Made by a program: the position numbers and the translations under genes
Notes under the pieces: generated by a model
What the model was told of the DNA's origin: nothing
The model's input: only the letters and a program-made list of their open reading frames with translations
Database searches by the model: none
IMG/VR virus record: IMGVR_UViG_3300036768_001410
Location: 1 to 59,551 of that record
Direction: 5' to 3' (one strand)
DNA length: 59,551 nt
Origin: a virus
Taxonomy: Duplodnaviria; Caudoviricetes
Shown here: piece after piece, positions 1 to 7,590 of the stretch
Layout: each line of letters opens with the position of its first letter
Numbering within the stretch: position 1 is the stretch's first letter

Positions 1-116
1 GCAATCTTCCCGAAGTCCGCCGTAGCCCTAGATAACCCCGGTATCGCCTGAGCAAGAAAATATGCCGCTCGTGGATGAGATGTTATTACCTGCCCAGAAC
101 CTACATCGAGACGTGG
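1..116 (-). repeat. Exact inverted copy of 48338-48453 at the window edge (probable chimeric contig end)
   Basis: The reverse complement of 1-116 (CCACGTCTCGATG...GGGAAGATTGC) matches 48338-48453 base for base; the match stops at 117. Confidence 0.9.
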
Positions 117-122
117 GCAGGC

Positions 123-155
123 AAATAAAAAGCCCAAGCAGATGTTTGCTTGGGC
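123..155 (-). terminator. Intrinsic terminator of the leftward operon
   Basis: Stem GCCCAAGCA/TGCTTGGGC followed on the minus strand by TTTTTATTT, just past the 183 stop. Confidence 0.75.
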
Positions 156-182
156 CCAAACTAACTTGTGGGATGGGTTAGA

Positions 183-671
183 TTAGAAAATATCTGCCTC
201 CTCTACTGGATGCTCCAACGGTGGCACATTTAGAGTGGGATTTGAGCCATTGTGAGTATAGACACCACGTGAAAGGCGAGCGATAATCCCTTTCCGTCCA
301 AGCGAATGGACGTAATTGGAGATTGTTAGGACATACTTCTTCGGAACGTCGCATGTCCCAAACAACTCAATGTAGAGGTCTTTGGTTGAGAATGGCTTAT
401 CAAAAGTCTCTACCGCAGCCGCGACCGCTTTCAGCAGAGACATACCTGAATATCTAGACTGCAAGGAGACTTCATCGGCTCCCTCCACATGACCTCCACT
501 ACCATGCTCCCCATTGGTAATCAGAGCCCACGTGGACTCAAGGTTATTGCCAAGTTCTTCAAGCTGTTGTAGGATAGTGCGCGCGCGAGACAAGCGCTCA
601 ACTTCGGCGTAAAGCCTTTCCATAGAACGTTCAATCTCGTCCTTTCGCTTCCGAATCGTTTCCAAGTCCAT
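183..671 (-). CDS. Coiled-coil plus winged-HTH DNA-binding protein
   Basis: N-terminal heptads; C-terminal FSTKDLY...ISNYVHSLGRKGIIARLSRGVY wHTH pattern; AAGGAG SD. Confidence 0.55.
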   Translation of the reverse strand: MDLETIRKRKDEIERSMERLYAEVERLSRARTILQQLEELGNNLESTWALITNGEHGSGGHVEGADEVSLQSRYSGMSLLKAVAAAVETFDKPFSTKDLYIELFGTCDVPKKYVLTISNYVHSLGRKGIIARLSRGVYTHNGSNPTLNVPPLEHPVEEADIF

Positions 672-683
672 GTTGGACTCCTT

Positions 684-998
684 TCACTCTTCAATGTGAT
701 GGCGCCTTAGAAAGGCGTCCTCCGATTCCAAAGAGTTCTTTGGTCTCCCAACGAGACGATGCTTGTTGAGATAACTTGCGAAGCGTTCAACATCCGACCG
801 TAAAAACAGTACCTTCCGCCCGTTCTTTTGAAATGGAAGGTACATTCTAGTGATAACACCATCCATTACGATGTATACCCCTTTCTTGTAATACCTACTT
901 ACCGTAGGTGTTGTTACGTCCAGATACTCGGCCACCTCCTTCGTCGTCATCATGGTCATAAGTTCGCCAGTCGTGTAGGGTTTGATTCCATCGAGCAT
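684..998 (-). CDS. Excisionase-like/MerR-type HTH protein
   Basis: MTTKEVAEYLDVTTPTVSRY...KNGRKVLFLRSDVERF HTH_17 pattern; GAGGTG SD. Confidence 0.7.
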   Translation of the reverse strand: MLDGIKPYTTGELMTMMTTKEVAEYLDVTTPTVSRYYKKGVYIVMDGVITRMYLPFQKNGRKVLFLRSDVERFASYLNKHRLVGRPKNSLESEDAFLRRHHIEE

Positions 999-1002
999 GC
1001 GC

Positions 1003-1515
1003 TCACCTCTTTTCTGGATAGATGCTCACCTCAACACGGGGGCGAGCCTTGTCCACAGCGAACCTGTCCACAATACAGGCAACGTACTTCCAACCGTCAC
1101 CGGCAAGTACGCCTGCCTCTACGAGGGCATCCGATACGAATTTCTCTCCTCCGCGAATGTTTCCCTTGTCCCGACGGCGATTAGGTTCCACCCAAAGATA
1201 CTCCAAGACTACCGGGTACCAGTCTTCAGGTACTGCCGGCACCTTACTAACTCGCAGGGAATTCACGATTTGGCTATCTACTCGTCGCTTCATTTCCGTA
1301 TATCCGTTCCATAAGCGCCCTTGCCGCTTTACTCGAATCCGAGCGTCTATAATCTCATTCAATCCCGGCAAAGTACCTTCTATCGTAAATGAGATTATGT
1401 TCTTTCTACGGGATCGTCCCCGTGCTGGAGTATTTTCGACAGCTTTGCTAACCATCTTTCGTGGGCTTCCCCTTCTCTCACAAACTGGCGTATACTGGCT
1501 AACTTTGCTAGCCAT
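1003..1515 (-). CDS. rusA: RusA-like Holliday junction resolvase (start uncertain; conserved part begins near 1398)
   Basis: FTIEGTLPGLN, RRRDKGN...DALVEAGVLAGDG, PRVEV motifs. Confidence 0.75.
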   Translation of the reverse strand: MASKVSQYTPVCERRGSPRKMVSKAVENTPARGRSRRKNIISFTIEGTLPGLNEIIDARIRVKRQGRLWNGYTEMKRRVDSQIVNSLRVSKVPAVPEDWYPVVLEYLWVEPNRRRDKGNIRGGEKFVSDALVEAGVLAGDGWKYVACIVDRFAVDKARPRVEVSIYPEKR

Positions 1516-1661
1516 TGTTCGTATGCTTCCTCTTTTGTTAGCGCTATCTTATATACCCCAGGGAAGTGAGCGCTTTCCGCAACCCAACAATCCTTGTAGC
1601 CATACAGTTTGACCGGGATGATTCCATCCGGCGTCTCGTGGAAGACGATGGTCACTTTCAC
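1395..1661 (-). CDS. HicB-like domain protein (GTG start overlapping the endolysin stop)
   Basis: WVAESAHFPGVYKIALTKEEAYEQW resembles the HicB N-terminal fold; internal duplication EEAYEQWLAKL/GEAHERWLAKL. Confidence 0.45.
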   Translation of the reverse strand: MKVTIVFHETPDGIIPVKLYGYKDCWVAESAHFPGVYKIALTKEEAYEQWLAKLASIRQFVREGEAHERWLAKLSKILQHGDDPVERT

Positions 1662-2152
1662 GCAAGGTCTCCAATCATTTTCTTTGCAATTTGAGTCCAG
1701 TTTGGTATCTCGAAGTGGCCCCAGTCCTTTTTTCGCCAGTCTCCTCCCCAAACTAAACCCAAAGACTTACCGATGCTTCCCATCCGCTTGAACAGGTCTA
1801 TCCTGTCCCAAGCGGCTTTTCCATCAACGAGCGGGCATAAGTCTATGGCAAGCCCCCATTGATGAGCCGATTCAAGGGGCAGGGCGTTGGTAGCCCATGG
1901 TCCAGTACTTGGGCCCGCTTTGATAAGATATTCCGCCTGCTTTTGTTGAAATACCGTTCCTTTTTGCAGGCGTTGAATTGTGTTCTGCACTTCCTCTGCG
2001 GAACGGCTCTGCCGCCATAACACGGCTTGTTCGAGAGGCGAGCGCTTTGTGAACACAATAAGGGGTTCGATGCCCTCCGCTCTACATCTAGAAATTAGAG
2101 CCTCAAACAAGGGTCTCGCTTCGGGATGAAGGTCTTGGAGACTCCTAGACAT
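1658..2152 (-). CDS. M15-family L-Ala-D-Glu peptidase (endolysin)
   Basis: SRSLQDLHP, R..EQ, SAHQWGLAID, WGGDW..KDWGHFE Zn-peptidase motifs. Confidence 0.85.
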   Translation of the reverse strand: MSRSLQDLHPEARPLFEALISRCRAEGIEPLIVFTKRSPLEQAVLWRQSRSAEEVQNTIQRLQKGTVFQQKQAEYLIKAGPSTGPWATNALPLESAHQWGLAIDLCPLVDGKAAWDRIDLFKRMGSIGKSLGLVWGGDWRKKDWGHFEIPNWTQIAKKMIGDLA

Positions 2153-2354
2153 TTCCCGGCTTCTCCAATAAGTGGCGCATCCGTTCATATTCTCGGATAC
2201 GCTTTCTCAATTCGGCTCGTTGTTTTGCCCGCTCCATGCAAGCAGGGCATACAACGGCCCCCTTGTTACGGAGCTCTGCATCAAGAAACACCGTATCTTT
2301 TAGTTTCTCTCCGCAGAGTTCACAATTCGTGATGATGAGGTGTGCCCTTTGCAT
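2145..2354 (-). CDS. Small zinc-finger protein
   Basis: CELC...CPAC followed by a charged helix; coupled to neighbouring genes. Confidence 0.55.
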   Translation of the reverse strand: MQRAHLIITNCELCGEKLKDTVFLDAELRNKGAVVCPACMERAKQRAELRKRIREYERMRHLLEKPGNV

Positions 2355-2536
2355 CGAAGCACCCTTTCTACACTTGCTGTATTCCCCTTCGGCCGCAAGT
2401 GTTCATACTCACGACCAGTATCTTGCCGGCGCCGGGAAGTATTCCCGGCGCTCATCACCACGCAAACAGCGACCACTGTGCAGAGTAGCATCAAAACGCC
2501 GCTGACCATGCCGAGGATAAACCCTGCCCAGAACAT
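2300..2536 (-). CDS. Small single-TM membrane protein
   Basis: MFWAGFILGMVSGVLMLLCTVVAVCVV hydrophobic N-terminus; start overlaps the upstream stop. Confidence 0.45.
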   Translation of the reverse strand: MFWAGFILGMVSGVLMLLCTVVAVCVVMSAGNTSRRRQDTGREYEHLRPKGNTASVERVLRCKGHTSSSRIVNSAERN

Positions 2537-3879
2537 TACTCCAATGCCCTTCGGAAAGTGGCTTTCACTTCTGCGCGAGCCCACACCTCTGGGGCCGACA
2601 TCAAGGAAGCCAAACTCAACAGCGTCTCCCGTTTCTCAGACGGGCGCTTACAGAGTGCAACCGCATTCAACTGTCCCGCCTGAGTACTGGAATCTATGCG
2701 ACTGTTGAGCTTAATAAGATACCCCGGAGTAGTGCGCTGGCGAAGGAGGACATCCTTCAATTCCGTGCAAAGAGGTACCGGGTCCGTTGCCTCAAGACAT
2801 TCCCGATACCCTTCCCATGTGAGCCAAAGAGTTCCGTCTTTCTCATTAGTGCACCAGCGCGATGCTTCCTCCTTTACTTCGAGTACCGTTTCCTCTTCTT
2901 CCTCGTCCTCGTCCTCTTCCTCCTCTCCCTTATCCTTCCCCAAGCTTATTTGTTGTTGCTCAGGTTCGGGTTTTGATTGGGGTTGCGGTTCTAGACTGAA
3001 TACGGATTCCAAAACCGGTTCTGCTTGCTTAGGCTCGTTCTCTTCGGATTGCGGTTTTTCCTCCGCGCGAGGGTTCCCTTTTTTGAAAAGACCGAGTAGC
3101 GCCTCGTGGTCTTCCCAAGGCGTAACTCGAAGCAATTCTTCCGCTTGCTCTGGCGTGAGTTCTGAGAATGACGTCAATCCGGTCTGACGCCGCCAATAGT
3201 TACGGAACTCCTCCTCCGACACACCGCTCTTCAAAGCAACCGTCTTGGCTTCTCTCATGCGCTGATTGAGAAGCACTATCGGGTTGCCGTTGGGGGGAGA
3301 TTCCCGGCGGGTTGCCTTCGTAAATGGTGGTGATGCGGGCGTGGTAGGGCGACTTTTCGGAATCTCTACGACAGGAACGTTCCCGCCGTGCTTGCTTAGC
3401 CATTCCGAGTAAGCCATTTCAATGAAACTCTTCGGGATGACCCCCATCAGCGCATTCCTCTGAGCCTTGCTACATGCCTTCTCAAAGGCATAGGGGTCTT
3501 GCCGGACTACGCCGCTCTGTAACTGGAGCGCCTTTTCCTGTCGCTTGACACCCCAGTTCTCTACATGACCCCCTTTCGGGAAGTCTACCTCCACTTTTAC
3601 ACGGACTAAATAGGCATCCTCCGTTTCCTGAACATTCATGTCCCCGAACCGGAAGGACAGCCCCATCTTGTCCGCGTATTGCCGTGCAATCTCGCGGACA
3701 CCATCAAGGGAGATGCCAACGACGGAAAAGTTACCCTGATTGATAACATAGAACATTTGAGAGGCCAATATGGCCCCATCCAGTGATGCGACAATCGCCT
3801 GGTCGTCTAGATATTCAAGCGCCTGGAAGTCCTCCGTGGACCTCGGCTTCCCTTCCTCCAAACTGCGCGGTATCTCCAT
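2536..3879 (-). CDS. Putative ssDNA-annealing recombinase (Rad52/RecT superfamily-like) with a long acidic tail
   Basis: GISLDGVRE...YLVRVKVEV...AFEKACSKAQRNAL motif; AGGAGGT SD; first gene of the leftward operon. Confidence 0.5.
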   Translation of the reverse strand: MEIPRSLEEGKPRSTEDFQALEYLDDQAIVASLDGAILASQMFYVINQGNFSVVGISLDGVREIARQYADKMGLSFRFGDMNVQETEDAYLVRVKVEVDFPKGGHVENWGVKRQEKALQLQSGVVRQDPYAFEKACSKAQRNALMGVIPKSFIEMAYSEWLSKHGGNVPVVEIPKSRPTTPASPPFTKATRRESPPNGNPIVLLNQRMREAKTVALKSGVSEEEFRNYWRRQTGLTSFSELTPEQAEELLRVTPWEDHEALLGLFKKGNPRAEEKPQSEENEPKQAEPVLESVFSLEPQPQSKPEPEQQQISLGKDKGEEEEDEDEEEEETVLEVKEEASRWCTNEKDGTLWLTWEGYRECLEATDPVPLCTELKDVLLRQRTTPGYLIKLNSRIDSSTQAGQLNAVALCKRPSEKRETLLSLASLMSAPEVWARAEVKATFRRALE

Positions 3880-3904
3880 ACCGCACCTCCTTTCTAAGGA
3901 GAGA

Positions 3905-3930
3905 AACGTATAATATAAGACGCTGGTTAC
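3905..3930 (-). promoter_or_regulatory. Putative ECF-sigma (middle) promoter GTAAC-N17-CGTT
   Basis: The same motif and spacing recur at 4384, 9231, 13170, 14097, 50038 and 51479. Confidence 0.6.
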
Positions 3931-3958
3931 TATAATTTTCGCTGTTGGGGAAGAGTCT

Positions 3959-4315
3959 ATGAGATACGACGAGCGAGGCAGGCTTATGTTATCGCCTAAG
4001 GAAGCTGAGCAACGCCAACGGGAACGGTTGAAAAAGATTCGGGAGATGCGTTTGAAACTACAACGAGAGGGGCGTATTCCAGTGAGACGGCGTGGCGGTC
4101 GGCGCGGTGTCCCGAATGTCTCTGGTGAGCATCCAATCTACATGAGCAGGTCGCAAGTCTTGGAATTCTGTGGGCTGAAAATAAGCGAACTACGGAATGC
4201 CATTCGTAACGGAGAGCTTCCCTACGAACGAATCGGGAAGTACATGGTTTTCCGACGCCGAATCGTAATGCGATGGCTTAACGAACGAGGCACCAAGAAA
4301 AAGGAAGAGGCGTGA
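3959..4315 (+). CDS. Basic excisionase-like HTH protein
   Basis: YMSRSQVLEFCGLKISELRNAIRNGELPYERIGKYMVFRR HTH_17 pattern. Confidence 0.65.
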   Translation: MRYDERGRLMLSPKEAEQRQRERLKKIREMRLKLQREGRIPVRRRGGRRGVPNVSGEHPIYMSRSQVLEFCGLKISELRNAIRNGELPYERIGKYMVFRRRIVMRWLNERGTKKKEEA

Positions 4316-4383
4316 GCGCCCACAAAAGGGAAAGCACTCCGCCTCTTCGGAGGAAAAGAAATGACGTGACATGACTAAGAAGA

Positions 4384-4409
4384 ATAACGTATTACAAACG
4401 AAAACCGTT
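4384..4409 (+). promoter_or_regulatory. Putative ECF (middle) promoter ATAAC-N17-CGTT
   Basis: Motif match upstream of the sliding clamp gene. Confidence 0.5.
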
Positions 4410-4476
4410 TCGCCTTTCTAGGACGAAACCTATATCGAGCACAATACGTAGTTCTTAATGAAAAGGAGGATTCCAC

Positions 4477-5796
4477 GTGAAAGTCCGAGTCAAACGAGAG
4501 GAACTGCTAGAAGCAGTCAGCGCAATTCGTGGTATCTGCGCGGAAAACCGAATAGTCACAACGTATAGACACATCTTCCTTTTGGTGGAAGAGAACAGCT
4601 TGTTCGTGGCAGCTACCGATGGCGAGCAAGCCGCTAAGTTTTTGGTGCCCGCTGAGATAGAGGAAGCGGGGTCGGGAAACATCCACGGCCAAAAGTTGTA
4701 CTCTCTCCTACGAGCACTAAATTGTGACTACGTAGAGATAGAGAGTTACGAGGAAAAGAGTTTCGTACGCTACCCTGGTGGCACTGTACAGTCGGCGTCA
4801 TACGACATAGAGACGGCGCCTTGGAGGTTGCCCGAGGAGGTAACCACGTTGGCTTACCTCCGATATCCGTACGGTCAATTCGTGGGGGCGTTGGATGCTG
4901 TCAAGCACGCCACTGCTTCAAATAAAGATCGACCTATCCTCCAAAGCGTCTGCTTAGAGGTATCCCGGAATCGAAGCTTGTTCATAGCCACTGATGCGAG
5001 GCTACTCTCCGTATGGGAGATGCCTTTCACCGGGGACATATTTTCCGATGAACCGATTCGTGTTGTGATTCCGTCGGATGTTCTTCCGACTATCCGAAAC
5101 TTGTTCAACAACCGAGAGACATCCATAACCGTGTATGGAAATGTTCTCGAAATAGAGGCAGAAGGCCGGTCTTATTGGACTCGCCTTTTGGACGGGGATT
5201 ATCCACATGTTCAAGAACTTCTCAACAATTTTGCGGCGCTAGAAAGTCATGCATTCATAGTTCGCGTGAACAAACGCGCGATGGAAGATGCCGTGAAGCA
5301 TATCGCCGCCTTCGGGTTACCGGAGAGCCTCTCGGTGGGGCTTACCATCACGGAAGACCTTACGATGGAAGTGAGGTCGTCGTCTATGGTCTCTTCTTCT
5401 ACAGAGACCATTGACATCATCGAAATTGATAACGTTGGGAACATGCGTGCAGTGGATTCTCCGTATCTGATTTTCCTCAACACCAAGTATCTTCTCGATA
5501 CCATCAACAGCTTCCATCCTGAGCCAACAGAGCTTTATCTTCACTTTCTAACCCCGATTGATGGTGTTGTAATAACAGACGCAGAGCTCGGCCTCGACTT
5601 TGGATGTCCGCGCTTTACGATTGTCATGCCAATAAGGCATGAGGACATGGAAGCAACCAATAAGTACATTGCCCTCTCAAACGAATGGAAGAAAGGGGTT
5701 GTCAAGACACACACATCAGAAAAGAACGAAAGCCCCAAGGCATTACCTAACGTCTCGATGGAGCGTTACCCCAGCGAGGAGGAGGAATTACCTTGA
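4477..5796 (+). CDS. dnaN: DNA polymerase III beta sliding clamp, with C-terminal extension
   Basis: MKVRVKREELLEAV, ATDGE, RPILQSV, ATDARLL, RLLDGDYP, NTKYLLD, IVMPIR motifs. Confidence 0.9.
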   Translation: MKVRVKREELLEAVSAIRGICAENRIVTTYRHIFLLVEENSLFVAATDGEQAAKFLVPAEIEEAGSGNIHGQKLYSLLRALNCDYVEIESYEEKSFVRYPGGTVQSASYDIETAPWRLPEEVTTLAYLRYPYGQFVGALDAVKHATASNKDRPILQSVCLEVSRNRSLFIATDARLLSVWEMPFTGDIFSDEPIRVVIPSDVLPTIRNLFNNRETSITVYGNVLEIEAEGRSYWTRLLDGDYPHVQELLNNFAALESHAFIVRVNKRAMEDAVKHIAAFGLPESLSVGLTITEDLTMEVRSSSMVSSSTETIDIIEIDNVGNMRAVDSPYLIFLNTKYLLDTINSFHPEPTELYLHFLTPIDGVVITDAELGLDFGCPRFTIVMPIRHEDMEATNKYIALSNEWKKGVVKTHTSEKNESPKALPNVSMERYPSEEEELP

Positions 5797-6089
5797 ACTA
5801 CGAAACGAAGGTTTATCACAAGGAGTGGCGTGAGCTCTCTCCTGAGAAGCAGCAGGAAGTGCTTCAGCACTACGAAGCGGCCGGAGTGCCTTTGAGCGAG
5901 GAAGAGCTCAAAGAGCACATAAGGACGTGTATCGTAGAAGAGACAGTGTTGCTGTATGAGGACGGCTCTACCGAGAGCTACTACGTCTTCCAGTCCCGCG
6001 CCATTGCCAACGGCACAGGACAATGGGTTGACCACCGCTGGTCGGACAATCAAGCAAGGATTAATTGGTCACACCACTATTGGTTCTGA
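5793..6089 (+). CDS. Hypothetical protein
   Basis: TTG start overlapping the clamp stop with GGAGG SD; ends immediately before the array. Confidence 0.55.
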   Translation: MNYETKVYHKEWRELSPEKQQEVLQHYEAAGVPLSEEELKEHIRTCIVEETVLLYEDGSTESYYVFQSRAIANGTGQWVDHRWSDNQARINWSHHYWF

Positions 6090-6243
6090 GGCAACGCCAA
6101 AAGAAAAGAGAGCCCCAATCGTGGAGAGCGAGTCAACGTCAACGAGAACCCCAAGGACTTCGAGCGAGCCATGCAGAGTGAAAACCCCATCATCAAAGAG
6201 CGAGCCAGTGCATCAGATAACCTCATGCGGAGGGAGCGAGCCA
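6090..6243 (+). ncRNA. TIGR-like array, upstream block (4 x 36-nt units)
   Basis: GAGCGAGCCA and GAGAACCCCA-like 10-mers alternate, separated by unique 8-mers, with an exact 36-nt period. Confidence 0.85.
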
Positions 6244-6272
6244 CCAAACCCTGTAAATGAAAGGAGTACGCC

Positions 6273-7256
6273 ATGCCTGGCCTAGACTTCAAGGCGGACG
6301 TGGCGCTCACTTTTGAGAAAGCGCGTGTCGCCAGCAACAACAGAATCAAGCACTTAGGGCGCCACAATCGTGTGGATGAGGACGCCGAGAACCTTCTCGC
6401 GATTGTTGGGCATGTCGAGAAAATCCTCGATTACATGCTCAAAAAGGAACTCTTGGAGCATCCCGCCTCCGAATGGTTCCTCCGTCTAAACCTTCCGCTC
6501 CAACCGATAGCAAAGGTCATCGGACGAATCGAAGCATTCGGACGCTGGTATCCAGCGGAGAATGCAGACCTGCTACCGGTGAAGCGGGAACCGGTCGTGC
6601 TGGAGGACGGCAAATCCTACATCTGGGTTGAGGGGATTGAGCGTCTTCCGACGCGTTCCGCTCTCCACAAACTCGCCGGTTACGCCCCTGGGTTCGACCG
6701 GCCACAAAAAGGCATGAAGCGACCCTACGACGGGGAACTCAAAACTATGTGCTACCGCGTGTGGAAATACGGCATGCTGTTCAACCGCACGCGATACTAC
6801 GAACTGTACCGGGAATACAAAGATAACCTGATTCATCGCTACGAATCTGCGGGCATTCGAGTACTTCCCACTCCATCTGGACGGTTCTGCCTGTCCTGCA
6901 TGGAAGATAAGCCCGTACCGTCCACCACGTCCATCTGTCCAGACTGCGGCCAACGGCTGGAAAAGAAAGAGGAACCGGAAGGCGTTCGGTGGCTAGGTCA
7001 CGTGGACAACATGGCAGTACGCTGGACAATCAAGCTGTTTCTGTCGCATCTATGGGAGGTTTGGCGAGCTAAGCTGAATCTTCCCGTGAGGGCTCCCTAT
7101 GCTGAGGAGTATCTAGGACATACTCACATCATCTCCCCCTGGGAAGTATGCGATTTCGATGAGCCACGCACGGTCAAGCTTCAATTGCCGCGCAATGCGG
7201 ACAAATTCTTGAAGCACGTGCTCGAAGCTAAGAACGAAGCAAGCGGGGGAACATAA
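6273..7256 (+). CDS. tasA: Tas protein (TasA-like: Nop/IS110 RNA-binding domain, no nuclease) with Zn-ribbon insertion
   Basis: ARVASNNRI coiled coil, SALHKLAGYAP, YDGELKT, GHVDNMAVRWTIKLFLSHLWEVWR..LPVRAPY...LGH; CLSC..CPDC insert; no RuvC/DEDD or HNH; arrays on both sides. Confidence 0.8.
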   Translation: MPGLDFKADVALTFEKARVASNNRIKHLGRHNRVDEDAENLLAIVGHVEKILDYMLKKELLEHPASEWFLRLNLPLQPIAKVIGRIEAFGRWYPAENADLLPVKREPVVLEDGKSYIWVEGIERLPTRSALHKLAGYAPGFDRPQKGMKRPYDGELKTMCYRVWKYGMLFNRTRYYELYREYKDNLIHRYESAGIRVLPTPSGRFCLSCMEDKPVPSTTSICPDCGQRLEKKEEPEGVRWLGHVDNMAVRWTIKLFLSHLWEVWRAKLNLPVRAPYAEEYLGHTHIISPWEVCDFDEPRTVKLQLPRNADKFLKHVLEAKNEASGGT

Positions 7257-7266
7257 CGCTCTCCCA

Positions 7267-7565
7267 CTTGTAGCCGTTCCCCGAAAGAACCCCATAGAAA
7301 GAGAGCGAGCCTTGGGAAAAGAGAACCCCATTCCACGTGGGCGAGCCATAAAAGTAGAGAACCTCAAGTCGGCAGAGCGAGCATTTAAGACGAGAACCCC
7401 AGGGGATTTGGAACGAGCCATTCAAAGGAGAGAACCCCACCCTCGGTGAGCGAGCCATTTCCGTCGAGAACCTCATTCTGAGGGAGCGAGCAAGAGGGCG
7501 TGAGAACCCCACCTTAAGCGAGCGAGCCACAAGTGTTGAGAACTCCAGTAGAGCGGAGCGCGCTC
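7267..7565 (+). ncRNA. TIGR-like array, downstream block (about 8 x 36-nt units)
   Basis: Loop repeats at 7285, 7321, 7357, 7392, 7430, 7466, 7502, 7538; edge repeats at 7303, 7339, 7375, 7411, 7448, 7484, 7520, 7556. Confidence 0.88.
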
Positions 7566-7590
7566 TCAAGCTAAAACAGGAGACCCTATC

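Noticed and set aside
2479-2496. TGCAGAGT-A-GCATCAAA resembles both spacers of one upstream unit on the same strand
   Set aside because: Wrong geometry for opposite-strand TIGR targeting, mismatched, and found post hoc; likely chance
6090-7565. CRISPR array or IS110 insertion sequence
   Set aside because: Repeats are 10 nt and alternate, spacers are 8-9 nt, and there are no cas genes; the protein lacks the N-terminal DEDD/RuvC domain of IS110 recombinases
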